Part shown: in pieces, positions 25,388 through 38,100 of the stretch
Layout of the letters: each line of letters starts with the position of its first letter
Position numbering within the stretch: the stretch's first letter is position 1
Assembly (NCBI GenBank): GCA_965655095.1
Contig: OZ296649.1
Span: forward strand, 90,582,001-90,646,000
Origin: Haplodiscus bocki
Taxonomy: Eukaryota
Length of the DNA stretch: 64,000 bases
Reading direction: 5' to 3'
The notes under the pieces: model-generated
What the model was told of the DNA's origin: nothing
Databases searched by the model: none
The model's input: the letters and a program-made list of their open reading frames with translations, nothing else
Position numbers and translations under genes: made by a program

Positions 25388-28300
25388 ATGCGAGTTAAGA
25401 ACGGATCGAAAAAGAATTCGAAGCCTTGTGCAAGTGTTGTGAATGTCCAGGGACGGGCGGTATTTGTCTTCCAACATTTTGCATTCCCCCGTGATACGGC
25501 TTGTACGGAGTGTGTCGGTAAAACGAGAGTGCGCTGTAGAACTCAAGCAAAGAATATTACCGGCAAAAACTAATCTAATCTGCAGCATTTGGTTGATCAA
25601 GTAATGCTAATGATCAGACGGTTGTAATTACGGAGCATAATCGATGCCATTTGTTCAGTGAACAAAATTAAAGGTATGTTGGTTCTTTGGGTGGCAAACA
25701 GAAAATTGCTTACTGTAAGAAATTTAGGATTACTGGAATAAATTGCCATTTGCAAAACTCAAACCCATAAAAAGTACAGTAAAAGATTTCAAATACTGCA
25801 AGTATATTAATAACAACAGCTGTGTTGACTCAACAAAGATTATCGGCTCAAAGCTCTTGGATAAAAGAGTTCACCACACTCTTCCGAGATTAGCTTCACT
25901 TGCCAATTTCCTGAATTTTGAATACAAACTTTATTATTTCTACCGCCGAGAAATGTTGGAATGTTTCGTTACTTTTTGTAATTAGAAGAATGGAATAAGG
26001 TATACTACATAAAATCCTATGATTACGTGCAATGTTAAGTAGATGGAAGTTCAAGAAAAAACTTTCGAAGATGCAGCAATCTATCAGAGAAAAAAGTGAC
26101 GGATGTCGAAACACATAAAATTGCCAACACCTCGGAACAACCAGTTTCCTTATAATCCGCGACACGGCAATTCCCACAAATTGGTAAATCTGAAAATTGA
26201 TCAGCACGGCATAATTTGCAAAGAATAAAACTACACATACCGTGGAGAAGTAACGGAGTTATAAGAGGTCTTGTTAGAAGAAGATCGTTAGTACCCCGTT
26301 GCTAACAAAGTCTTGAAGATAGCAAGGACGTGTCAATTGTTGACAACCAAAAAAAATGATCACGGGAGAGAGTGAAACCTTGCGTGTTGCTCGTACGAAT
26401 TGGTAATTATCGCACAAAATCAGGGAATCATTAAGGGGGAATAAGTTTGTAATCATTTAATAAGCATGCGGTGGATAGAAGATAGATAAGAGAGATGGGA
26501 CGAGGTGCACTGAATGAATAGATGAGGCATTGAATGGTAGCAAGCACCAGCATACCACCTACATGGTACTATAGACAATTACTACTACCACCACCATGGT
26601 ACTAGCACCACGACTATGCCACTGTAACTCTCAACGTTTTAAGTCTACGGCAGCCACAGAGCTATACTAGCACGGAGCAACTCCATTGGCAGTAGTCTCT
26701 CATCTAATGAAGATAAATAATGAAGAAAAGGAGGCGAGTAATAACACGCATACATTACGCTACAACGCAGGAATATTGGGATATTAAATATTCCATTGCA
26801 TTTTCAACACAGCATAGCCGTGTTGCAACCTTTCGGGCATAAAAAGACCTTAGCACTGCATTTGTCGCCTTCAGTCGACCATTCGTCGTCAAATAAAGCA
26901 TTGCCGAATAAATGGAAGCAAAAAGGAAACAATCCACTATAACAACCCACACACACGCGTTCCACATACCAATCATCAACTTAACTGCTGTCCGCCAGCC
27001 AAGTGATAAGGGCTGCTGCTGTGCGAAAGCAAGAGCAGTATTCACATGAAACTACGTCAGACAATTAACACATATATCCTTGAGTCGCTTCCATGAAGCA
27101 GTCCAAAAATCATCTACCCAAATCTACCAAAACTTGGGTTATCTTCACGGAGATAATTTACACGAGCAAGTAAAAAAGACAAAGGCTATTTCCCACCGCC
27201 AGATTTCAAGGAACCAATGATTATGGAGGAAGTAAATTGTTTCTCTTTTGTGATTTTAGACCTCATAACTTGTCTTGTACAAATAGAAAAATCTGTAACC
27301 TCCAAAGCATGATTTCTAGTCGACGCTTCAACAATTTTAAGTGAAAAAAATCCCCAATATGATAGCACTTACTTTTTTGACGGAAGAACTCACAATGTAT
27401 AGGACATTTCTTTTCTAGCGAAAAAAATTATGGCTTCGCTGCTGGCACCGCCTAAAATGGTAAAGTATAGCAAGCCTCCTAGATAACATACAACGGCATC
27501 AGCAAAAAATTTCGCAAATTAAAGAAGACCAAAAAATCTCAAAACGTCGACCACCAAACCAAAAAGATGGGGGAAAAATAGACTAAGATACCTCCTCACA
27601 AATCTTTTCTTTCAAAAAAAGGCCCTGGCGGGGCGCGAACAGTGAAGCGAATGAATAAACATTAATTGTTTTACTGATCTTTTTGCAATAATTTTTTCAC
27701 TGAATTTTCAACCGTCAACAAAACAGCCTTTATGAATTACCAATAAATTTTCAACAAGTGCTAAGGAATTACATAGTCACAAAAAGAGGCGAGCCAATCT
27801 TATACGAGCGTAGAATTTTACAACTTTCGAATCTAGACGTTCATGGCGAGTAATCGAGTGGCAGTTGACGAGACTGAAGAAATACATGTACGCCAGGTTA
27901 AAATCGGTGTTCAGCAACTTTACAACACAACACACACACAGGCACGAAGGTAGCAGAAGTTTAACAATAAACTAATAGATGTTTGGAAAAAAAGGTCAAG
28001 GCATGTCCTTTAATATCGCATACCTTCTGCTTCGATATTTTGAAATGGCTGAACAAAAAAATGAAGTGTTTTGCCAGAAAAGTCAACATTTTCTGTAAGA
28101 GGAGTCCACAATGGATATTTCGAGCAACACCCACTTTGGCTCTCCTCGGATGGTTCCTTCCAAAATATGTATTCTAGTCTCGCTCAAAAGACTCACTGCT
28201 GGTGCAAGTATGAGTAAAATAGCCAATCAGTCGACGTGCAATTATTAATTGCAATTATGAAAACACAGGAACAGCAATCTTCTTTGTACTATCAACCAGA

Positions 28301-28720
28301 AACGAAAGATAAGACAGTCGTTGCTTTCATTGATGACACAAGATACCGTTTAGATATCCCAATATCATTGATTTTTCTTCAACTGGTTTTTTTCAGATTT
28401 TTAACAAGACGGGATCGAAACTCTCAGACAGCAAATCCAGCTTAGTGGAAAAAATTTTTGCCGAAACGTTGGCACTTTGTTTCTCTTGAAATTCTTTTCA
28501 TTTTTCATTACAAAAGATTTCATCAGCTGGGTTCTCGGAGATAATGATAACGAATCAAAACTAAAAAAGGTCAAACTCATCAAAGCATTGGGATGATTTC
28601 TGAAACATGAAGGTGTCAACTGAAACTTCACAAGCCTGCATAAAAGTAGTAGGGAAGACTTCAGAATAATACTCACAGGCAGACTAAAAACACGATATGG
28701 CGACGAATATGTACCCTGAA
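25388..28720 (+). pseudogene. Decayed pPolB, 5' portion
   Basis: CTEC in ORF 25388, KLYYFY, PLL..VNC, KDKGYFP (27175), RVAVDET (27855), KKMKCF...FCKR (ORF 27983), RYGDE (28693). Confidence 0.65.
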
Positions 28721-28749
28721 ATACAGATTCTATACAAAAACGGTCACAG

Positions 28750-31700
28750 GGAGAAATAGATCTTTTATTGTCAAGGTTGCACAACTTTATATTCCATCCT
28801 ATTACAAAGTAATTATATCAAATAGCAATAGCAGCGCTTCAATTATCACAAGAGTCGAGAAAGCTGAGTTTTGTTTCAAGAAACATAAATCCATTATGGC
28901 TCTAAAGTTGTTGCAATTAATGAAAGGTATCAATGATCTATCGATATTTTCCTGATTAAATATGTCAATGAAAGTTTTCCCATTTCTTCATAGGAGAAAA
29001 TACAGAGCGATGGATTGTCGTATTTGCCACACCTGCCTAACGGCAATTCTGCTTTCCAGTATCTATATTTCAGTTCGTTTAGACCTAAATCTTTTGATAG
29101 GAGTCTTAAGTCGAGATTGATCTTAATACGATACTTCAATTTTGTCCAGTATATTCAGAATTCTATAGCCGATTTTCATTCCGCAGCAATCTGTAAGCTC
29201 TAGTTTTCAATCAGTCTCACACTCTCAAGTATAAGGACCATAAATTCGTATGAGTTTTGAGGTTCCTCCGATTCTCGCTTGAACAAAAATCACGAAAACT
29301 TTCAGTGAATCCATCGTTTTCTCTTAACACCTTACAGCTGAAAAACGCGGAGAAAATTCGACAACCACTCATATGCTCATCCATAATCACTAGATTCAAA
29401 GAGCCAACACAAGCCAGAGAATTCAGATAGCTCAGCACGTTTCTGAGAAAGATTCTTCCACAAGGAGGAACACTTAGTAGAACAAAAGTAACATGTTCGA
29501 AAAAATCAATTGTTTTTGGAAGAGTTGATGCTCTTTACTGCAATCCATCACAGACCAATTAAAGACGACGGTTTGCTTTTGTACCATAAAACAGAATTAT
29601 AATCGATTTTAGGGAGAATGTATAAATCAAAAAGTTTCAATCGAGAACTTGTTCTGATTGCTTGATTAAGGATATATTTAAAGTTCTTCTCTGTGAAGAT
29701 TTCTCGAACTTTCAATTGATCAACGTGGATTTTGAATTTTGTAATTCGATCCAACCAAACCACTAAATTCTTGGTAATGTCAGTGGTTTGATATCGAGTA
29801 GCTGTATTCTGAATATTGAACAACATTTGTTGAGTTCTGGCATCGTTATTCCATTTTCTGAGAAACTTTTTGTAGGTGCCAGGGCATTGGATTGAGTCTC
29901 TGGGACTGTAGAAGCTGGTACTCTTATCAGCAAACTGATCTTTTTTTTTCGTGTCTTTCGAAGAAACCTTCGATGCAAATGATGAATAGTACAGTTGATA
30001 AAACACCCCCTTGAGGAACGCCATTGAATGGGTTGAATGAGACACCCCCGGATAACCTTCAAACAGACACTGACTTCTCTGGATTTCAGAAGGTTTTCAA
30101 TTTACGGAGGTATTCTTCCTCTTTTACCTCTTTTCAGAGAGCAGTACAAAAGGAGGTCCCGATCAACCGAGTCAAGCATGTTCTCCAGGTTATAGATAGT
30201 AGCGAAACGTGGGTGTTTTTTAATTTTTTTTCCAGTCGAAGATCAATCGTTGTTGATAGTTCATGAAGGAGTGAGAAAACCTATGCTGTTCCTCTTCAAA
30301 TTTCAGCAAATCTAAACTTCTCATTCAGTCATCCAATACGCTCTGCAGCCTTTTGCCTGCACGGAATGCTAGGTTGATACCCGATGAGCGGTAAGACTTG
30401 ATGCCATTTTACCTGTCTCTTTCAAAGGAAAAAAACTGATACCTGCTTGAAGTGTCATAAACCAATTTCCATGCAGCATTTTAGATGATGCAAGAGCATA
30501 CTCCAAGTGATAACTTTGGAACTTTTTGTCGGACAAGAGCGGCACCTATAAAGGTCACTTTCCTTGTTCCGGTCAATTTTCTCAATTGCTCTCCGTAGTA
30601 CTCACATATCGGTTGCTTTCTTTACATTGTAGCAAGAATCTAAAAATGATTCTTGTTCAACAGTACCCCTAGCTGTTCATAATAGACCCTTGTTGACCGC
30701 ATATTTAGCTTGAGTGGGGAATTTTTCGTTGATGTTTCTGTCATTGAGGTGGCCACGTGGAAAGAAAAAATTTCCGAACAATTTCGTGTTTTTGGTGTCA
30801 GCAAAGACACTCTCTTTGTTACTTAGTACCTCGGGCACACTGAGTTCTATTCTGTGTTGATTGAAACGCATTTGTCAAAACTCTTTTTGTTAAGGTCACT
30901 AACTGTTTTCGCCGTCCAACGTTTTTTGTTAAATTTAATTTCATCTATCATTTCCTTTGTGAAGCTAACATGTTCGCTCTTTTCCGTCGACTGATTTTAG
31001 TTGTGGGTTTTCTACTGTCTTGTTTCTTCTTTAGGGATAAACGTTTAGTTTCCACATTTCGAATAAGATATGGAAGGAGAAGAAACCTTTTCTGTGGGTA
31101 TCAATTTGTTACAAACTTGAATTGAATATTTCAGCGTTTGGAAGAGTTTATACGAAACTTTTTTGTTGGTTTCGGTTTATTCTCTTCGGATGGCCAACTC
31201 AAAGGGGAATTATGCACAATTTTAGTCGGCTTTACTTTACTCCAGCACTTTTTCAGTGAACCACTTAGATTTTGAGTCAAACAAACTAAGAGAAACTTGC
31301 CAGTGGGCAACGCAGGGAACACCAGTGGAAAAGTTCATTAAGTTTCTCCACCTAATATTCAGATAAGTCCATACAATCCGCGAAAACGCAAAGACACAAA
31401 TGAATGAAACTTCCGCAACTTATATGCTCATTGATAAAATAAGATTGAATGGGGATTAAATACTGAGACTAATTTCATTAGAAAAATTGAAGAGTGACTC
31501 ACCAAAAAATAAACAAAATTCATCAACCCGCAAAGCGTGCCGCTCCTTGAAACCTCCCAAGAATAGCGGTCAATTCGTTTTAGTTTTATCACTGATTTCT
31601 TGAGCATGACTGCAACATTCTACTAAGGAATTGAAACTGCCCTGAGAGTGGTTCATATATCGACTTCACTAAAACTTCCCCAGTTTCTGTATTAAAAGCC

Positions 31701-33300
31701 GTAAATCATGCGTCCAACTCATCAGAGAGAACATCCCCTGCTGTGTTAGTTTTCAACGGTTCTTTTAAGGTCAGACCACTACCGTATTCTGTGGCTTTTG
31801 ACCGAAAACTGTCATCGTTTTGAAAACATCAGACTGAACAACGAGATTCGGAGACAACTCCAGGATCTATAAAGTTTTCGTTTATGAAACCATTCAGTAC
31901 TAAACTGGAATGTAGAGAAAAGCCTGCAAAACTGATTTGCATCAAAGGAATTTCTCAGGATTTTTATCCTATTGAACTTCACTGCAACTCTCTCGCAAAC
32001 TTTTTTATATAAATTGCACTTTTTACCGAACGTAGGTTGGTCTCTTTCACAATTTGTGCAATAACTTACTATCCGACAGGTAACACTCAATATGTTTATA
32101 TAAGTGTCATCAAACATCCTCTTTATCAGACTTGGAGGTGTAACAAGGGCCACATATAACACAGATAGGTTGGTATTTGCACCTTTTGCGAAAGTGATTT
32201 TCCTGTTTTTGGCAGTTATAACACTGTAATGTTTCCATTTTGGCATTTTCAGTATCAACTATGAAATGAATGTTTGAAATATCTATTCCATGAGAGATAA
32301 CAAGTTGGTAATCAGATTCGGAATCAAACGTTAGTTAAATTGCAGGAAGAGGTTGACTATTTCTTTGATAACTTTTCACTGCCATTTTTCTCATTTCGTT
32401 TTCCAATTGTTGTTAAGTAATATCAATAAGATCGTCCTTAACTAATCCGATCAACTTTTGGGATCCTTTGCCGAACGGAGTCTTTGTAGGATTCCGAATT
32501 ACGTAACTTAGCATTCTGTGTGCACTTTATAACAATCTTCAGCTTTGTTGGAGCATACAACATTATTTTTCGATCATGCCGTTAAACAGTAGTCAGATTT
32601 GGTTAGAAGGAAGAGCCGACTGAATTGTTTCCTCTGTTGCATACTCGAAGATAGCGCAGCGTATTGTATATTTTGTAGATTTCCTTTAATAAAGGGCGTC
32701 CATTCAAGTGGCTTTCGCGGTCACTGAAACTTCGTGTTGTTTGTTAAGGCAGTGCTGTTTAGCCTTTTAGCATAAAAAACCGGTCAAGATAAAAGTTTTT
32801 GATTTTTAAAGTGAATTTTCAATGGTACTTATCATAGATTCTAGACATTTCACTTCCTTTTGACATATGCTGCAATTTTCGTTGTACGGTTTTAGAATGA
32901 CAGACGGTAGACATGAAACACAGAGCCATTTGCATCCAGGGTTGCCATTGAGGACATCATTTTCTTGTTCTAAGAGCGTACCATTTCACCTTAAAACAAA
33001 TGGGTGCACGTGTTGCAACCAATTGCACATTTTTTACCAGTAACAGTGTTCTTATTGCATTCCTTGCAAAAAACAACTGAGCCACCATCTGAAACTTTCT
33101 TTTCTCATCCGCCCAAATGTTGAGTAGCAGAAGGAGTTCCACGCAAAGAGCACGCAGACTTTGAAGTTATTTAGAAGGTTTATCACAACAAGTAGGCACA
33201 ACAATCTCTCTGAGGAAATTTTTTGGGGAGAAGAAGCTGAATTTAGATTTCTCAAAAAATAAAAAACTCGTAAACTCATAAATTAACTAGTCTCAATTAC
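28750..33300 (-). mobile_element. Near full-length decayed LINE: ORF1 (PHD plus CCHC knuckles), APE endonuclease, RT
   Basis: CKEC..CNTC..KWLCVSC (33067-32911); CYNCQKQENHFRKRC (~32223) and CTNC; LGGFKERH (~GDFNARH, ~31560); LENMLDSV (~DLEKAFDSV); GVPQGGVLS (~30020); QFADK; YILPKIDY. Confidence 0.85.
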
Positions 33301-33349
33301 CTGGAGTTCTTGTACAGTAGTTTTTCTAGGAGCTACAGGCCTTCACAAT

Positions 33350-34110
33350 TGAGAGAAAGCAAAATTCTTTAAGTTGACTTGCGGTTATTCGTTATCCAAA
33401 TCGATAAATCCGACATGTACTTCTGCAATTTTCCGTTTCATCCTAAAATTAAAAAGCCAGCACGCGGGGGACCAGTTAAAGAGTGAGACAGAAGTTGAAT
33501 GGCTTGCTCAATTAAGGGTCAACCAGAAACCACAAAAGCAGTCCCGCAGAAGAAAAAGTTCAGTTCTATACTGCCTGAAAAAAAGACCATACTATAGGGT
33601 GCCTTCGAACAGGTCTTAAACTTCATCAAGGCGGACTCAGGAAAAAACAGAAGCCTCGTTTTAGAATGGGGACAGAGAAAGATGTAACAAGTTACAACAC
33701 CAGATCTAGACATGCGTTTACTAACGTGCCTGGTTTCATAGAGCGTCCTATACAAATTTGAAATACATTTTACAGGGACGCTTCGTTGCCCGATGCCTTG
33801 TTTGAGGGGTTTCAGATCAATGAAGAGGAAGGAGTCGCGAAGAAAGTAAATTGGAGCGATCATTGAAATGGGAAGGCTGTAACTCCATGTGCAAATTTAT
33901 AACATGAAACATATAAATTTAGCACAGAAAGCAGTGAATTTTAGCCCTCTTCTTTTTTCAAATAAACAAAGGCACCGTTCAGCGATATTGTACAGCAGGA
34001 GTACAGCATGCAGCTTCTCAACGACCCTAGCTTTGAGATAATTTGTAGGACTTAGTATTTCTTTTTCGCTTTTTCATGACTTTTGCCCCTTACATAATTT
34101 ACATCGTTCG
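33350..34110 (+). pseudogene. Decayed pPolB, 3' portion (catalytic motifs B and C)
   Basis: KFFKLTCGY (~KxxxNSxYG) at 33362, SAI...DQL..EVE, LE/MGTE (~MDTDS) at 33661, YKFS at 33912. Confidence 0.65.
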
Positions 34111-34379
34111 AATTTAGTTTTTGTCTTTGTATGTCATTATATAGAAGTTGCCTGACATACCGATTTGCATGTCACTCTAAACAAAGTTACAGGGACCCTA
34201 CAAAACCTCCAGTTGGTTTTTCGAAGGCAGACCGTTAAACGAGTCCTTAGAAAGGGCGTACATTAACAAAACATCACTCCGGCTAGTAATTGACCGGGGA
34301 CTTCGTCTCTGGGTTGTCCACATTTTTTCAAAACGTTTAAGGAGACAAAAAAGACTTCAACATTGAGTTCCTCATTGTC

Positions 34380-35140
34380 CCTCAAAGAATTCAGTAATCG
34401 ATCACCGTGGTTTTGGTTTTCGCCAGCGCATTTGTCATTGTTGGCAACTTGAAGCTTTCTGAGGCATGAGTACTCGATTCCAAGTAACTTCTTCTTCTTC
34501 TATCTGAAAAGGATAAGTCTGAGAATGAGATTTATGTGATCACTTCGAAAGGACGCAGTTGTAAATTTGCAGAGCTCGAATGCATAAAGCTCATACAGTT
34601 GAGCTCTCCAATTAGTTAAATACACTAATGCTGGGAAACATTTCGTTCTCAAAACGTATCAGCCGTGGAGATTTAACCGAACAATTAAAACCCGCAGTAG
34701 ACTGTTTCCGCTGGTGCAACCTTAGACAACCAATCCAAGGAGAACTTTAGGTTTCATGTAGTGACCTTAGATTTCCAGCTTTTCGTTTTTTGACATGCAA
34801 TGACGAAGCATGGCAATACGAGGGATGTCTTTCGACAAAAGTTTCACTGCAGGCACCACGTGGTTGATAAGTTGCAAACGCCATTCAGAATTATTTCGAA
34901 AAAAAATTGCTGGACTTAAATAGTCCCTTGATATCGAGGACGGATTTTTTGCATTTTTTAAACAAATATCTTCCAATTTTTCAATTTTGAACGCTAGTCT
35001 ATTGAAATTCAACCAAAGAGACAGTTTTTTCAACTCAAGATTTGCTAATTCGGAACCATCCTACTCTGTTTCTGTACCCAAATTTTTGTGTCATCAGCTA
35101 AAACAAATGTTCCAAAATTGAGACCCAAATTGGTAAGGTT
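34380..35140 (-). mobile_element. 3' fragment of CR1/L2-like LINE (RT C-terminus)
   Basis: LADDTK (~35101), ELKKLSLWLNFNRL, KLLSKDIPRIAMLRH, LYELYAFELCKF. Confidence 0.8.
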
Positions 35141-35149
35141 ACTCTAAGC

Positions 35150-38100
35150 ATGGAAGGTATCTAAGCCTACAAGTGAGATTTTTAAAATGTTTTTCTCTGT
35201 CATTACAAGACGAGAGAGTTTCTGGAAGCAATCCAGTCAGTAAAGAGTGATTGACGGTAGAACACTACTTCTTCTCAGAGAAGTATTAAGCAATGAACTG
35301 CTTTTCCGATTTTTAGTAGTAGTAGTAGTTGTTGTACTTGGAATTCGACCTAATGTTCTTGACTGAGGGATCGCTTCGCTTTAGCATTGTGTGTTTGAAA
35401 ATTGACTGAAAAAACACTTCAAGTAGCACTGAGGAGTTCACTGTAATCAGCGTTGAGGATTGATTAAAGCACACGAAGTAACCGATGCTTCAGACCAGTA
35501 GGACTTGTGATGTCAGTGTTTTTTGGCAGTCAATTTACGAAGGCAAATGCCCGGTAGAAGAAGCTCTGCTCTTACTCATATCTTCGGGGTTTGCATTAGT
35601 CGAATTTCACAACACTAGTTGAACGAATGTCGCAAGGACCTTTCCGCATACAAAGGTCTGGAACAACATCTTATCCCTGATTACCCGTCATACACTAGGA
35701 AAGAGTCAGCAGATATTCTTTTGTATGTATAGGAAGAGCTGTAAAAATTCAATTTTTGACAGAATTCCTGTTTAAATGCCATTCCATTCTGGTCCGATTA
35801 CAACCATTTCAGAGATTTCTTTTGATTGTCATGAGGGGATTTCTCTTAGGCGGCAAGAGATGACAGAAAGGCTCATTGGAAGACGCCTTTCATTGATCAA
35901 TCCACTTGGGGTCAAAAGACGCTAACAAACGCAAAGCATTTTTGCACGATCTGTTTTTTTATTTCATTGGTGGGGAAGGAAAAATTTTTGTTTCCACTGA
36001 CAAATTCAAAGTGAGAACCTCTTCTCAGACTGAAAGGTAAGTTAATTCGGTCTTCCCATCTTTTTTGGTAAATGTAACTGGAACTGCAATGTAGCTCTAT
36101 GATTCGGAACAAGTCTTGCAATGTCAGATTATAACAGCGATTGGCTCGTCTTATATTTGTCTGGCATGTAGTTGATATGAAGACTGAAAAGAAAACTTGC
36201 AAAGATAGAACCACCTGGACGGCCGCTTTGAACTAAGAGGTCTTGCCAAAAAGTTCAATTAACTGTAACACACTGTGTTCTGCAGGCCAAATGTGAGCGT
36301 AACATTTGGGACCCGTTTCTTTGAAAATCTGTTTTGTACAACATTTCCACCAGAAGGCCGTGGTCGACAACATCATAGGTTCTTTAGCATTGTGTGTAAA
36401 TTAAATGAATTTTCTCAACAACGTTTAAGGAATTTTACACTTCGTCATGAGAAGTCTCCACTTGAATAACGCTTGAACGATTTTTTCGGAACCCAATCTG
36501 GACTTCATTGATGGAAATTTTTTCAAACAATTGTACAGGTCAATATAAAACCTTAAAGAAAGAACCTTGTCTATATTTCTCTACATTCGATTTTAATCCT
36601 TCTTTTAACTTACAGAAGAGGTCTGCTAGCAAGTAGGGAAAACATTTTCTTCAATTTTGTAATTAGTTTTGGTCAACTATTTCCCGATACTCCTTCCACA
36701 CTGTTCAAAAAGGATTGCTTTCAATTCTTCTGGACCACTGGCGTCTTTGAAACTTTGACTCCGGCAAACATGTTGGTTTTGTTTTTCAGGAACGTTAAAT
36801 TCAAACAAGCGCTTCTCGGATTTGAATTCATCCATCAAGATGATTTCGGTAAATGCGCTAGAAATGGAGAAAGATATTTTAGAGGATAGATCGCTTAGTG
36901 ACTCTAAACCAGTCACAACTTCACTTTGAAAGAGATTGAAGTATGGATACGTGTTGATTTGAAGGTTCAAAAGTACTAGAAGAAACGACTCGTAAATTTT
37001 GTGTTGACACTTTTGATACCAATTTCACTCGATTTTGTTCAAAACCAGTTTCACAAGAGCTTTGAAGGAAGCGAACAATCATCAGGTTATGGAGTTGTCT
37101 GCATTTGGTCGTTTCTGGTCGTTTGATTCGATTTGATTTAGTAAGAGTAACGTCAGGTGATAACAGTGGCCGATGCTTTTTCTAAGCGGAAATTTCTCAA
37201 AGCTGAAAACTTCTTCCAGTTTTACTACTGTTCAATAATACCAATTACAGTAGTCCATTATGTCCGTGACAGGAGTTTTTCATCATTTAGGCCACTCAAT
37301 TTATAGAAAAAGTCAATGCAATGCCTGAAGATGGCTATTGGTTTTACCAGCTGAAAATTAAACGACTCAAAAACCTGAAAGGTTAATTTTATCTGAAACG
37401 CTGTAGTGGTTGAACAGATATTCATTTTTTTCTCCGACAAGCTTACATTCAGTCACTTGTTACTTCAAGGTTTTTGCTAACGGAGATAACATCCGCTGAA
37501 ACATGGGCTTTTTTGTGAAAGAGTCTTATCTAATTCAAGCCGTTATCTAACATCAAATCAATAAAACATTGATTATATGGATTGTCGGTTGAGCAGTCGT
37601 CCAATTGATGTACATTGAAATGAAAGCACCATACACAATGTTGGGGACAATATGTAAAAAAAAACTGAAGAATAATCCTGATTAATGACTTCAAAGCCAA
37701 CTAAGCCATGAAATAAGTGTTAGCGAATGGTGGATTTTATAGGAAGCACAAAAGGACACGTCCTCCTCCCAAGATCACTATGCAAGCCACTAGCAAACCT
37801 ACAGATGCGACATCAATTGCAATTCCTTCTGAAACCAGATCAGAAAACACCCAAATCGAAATTCACCCATACTTACAAAATCCAATATCTGCTTCTCTTT
37901 GAGATCTTCAAAAAATGAAAGGTAGGAAAAAAAACTGCTGATCAAAAACCCTGCTGTACAACCATGTTTCAGTAATCAGTGAAAATGTAAATGATTTGTT
38001 TTATTGGCCAGAGAAACTTTTTTGTCATGATTCAGTAAACTTCGAATTATGAAACTAAGGAATGACACGTTGTTTGGTTGCTGATTGCCCATTCATTGAT

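Larger units (their letters stand above)
25096..34311 (+). mobile_element. Solo-pPolB element with both ends, interrupted by insertions
   Basis: 5' cagaggcgaag at 25096; 3' cttcgtctctg at 34301-34311 (10/11 inverted match) preceded by ccgg-n11-ccgg; interior is collinear pPolB plus insertions. Confidence 0.65.

Noticed and set aside
26755-27045. ORF resembling UNC-50 (WVVIVDC)
   Set aside because: Short hydrophobic match that crosses a likely splice donor; other UNC-50 motifs are absent
33700-33760. Penelope-type RT motif FTNVP
   Set aside because: Isolated match; the flanking sequence is collinear pPolB C-terminus
34390-34440. pPolB GDENPN-like motif on the minus strand
   Set aside because: Better explained as the LINE C-terminus continuing from 35140
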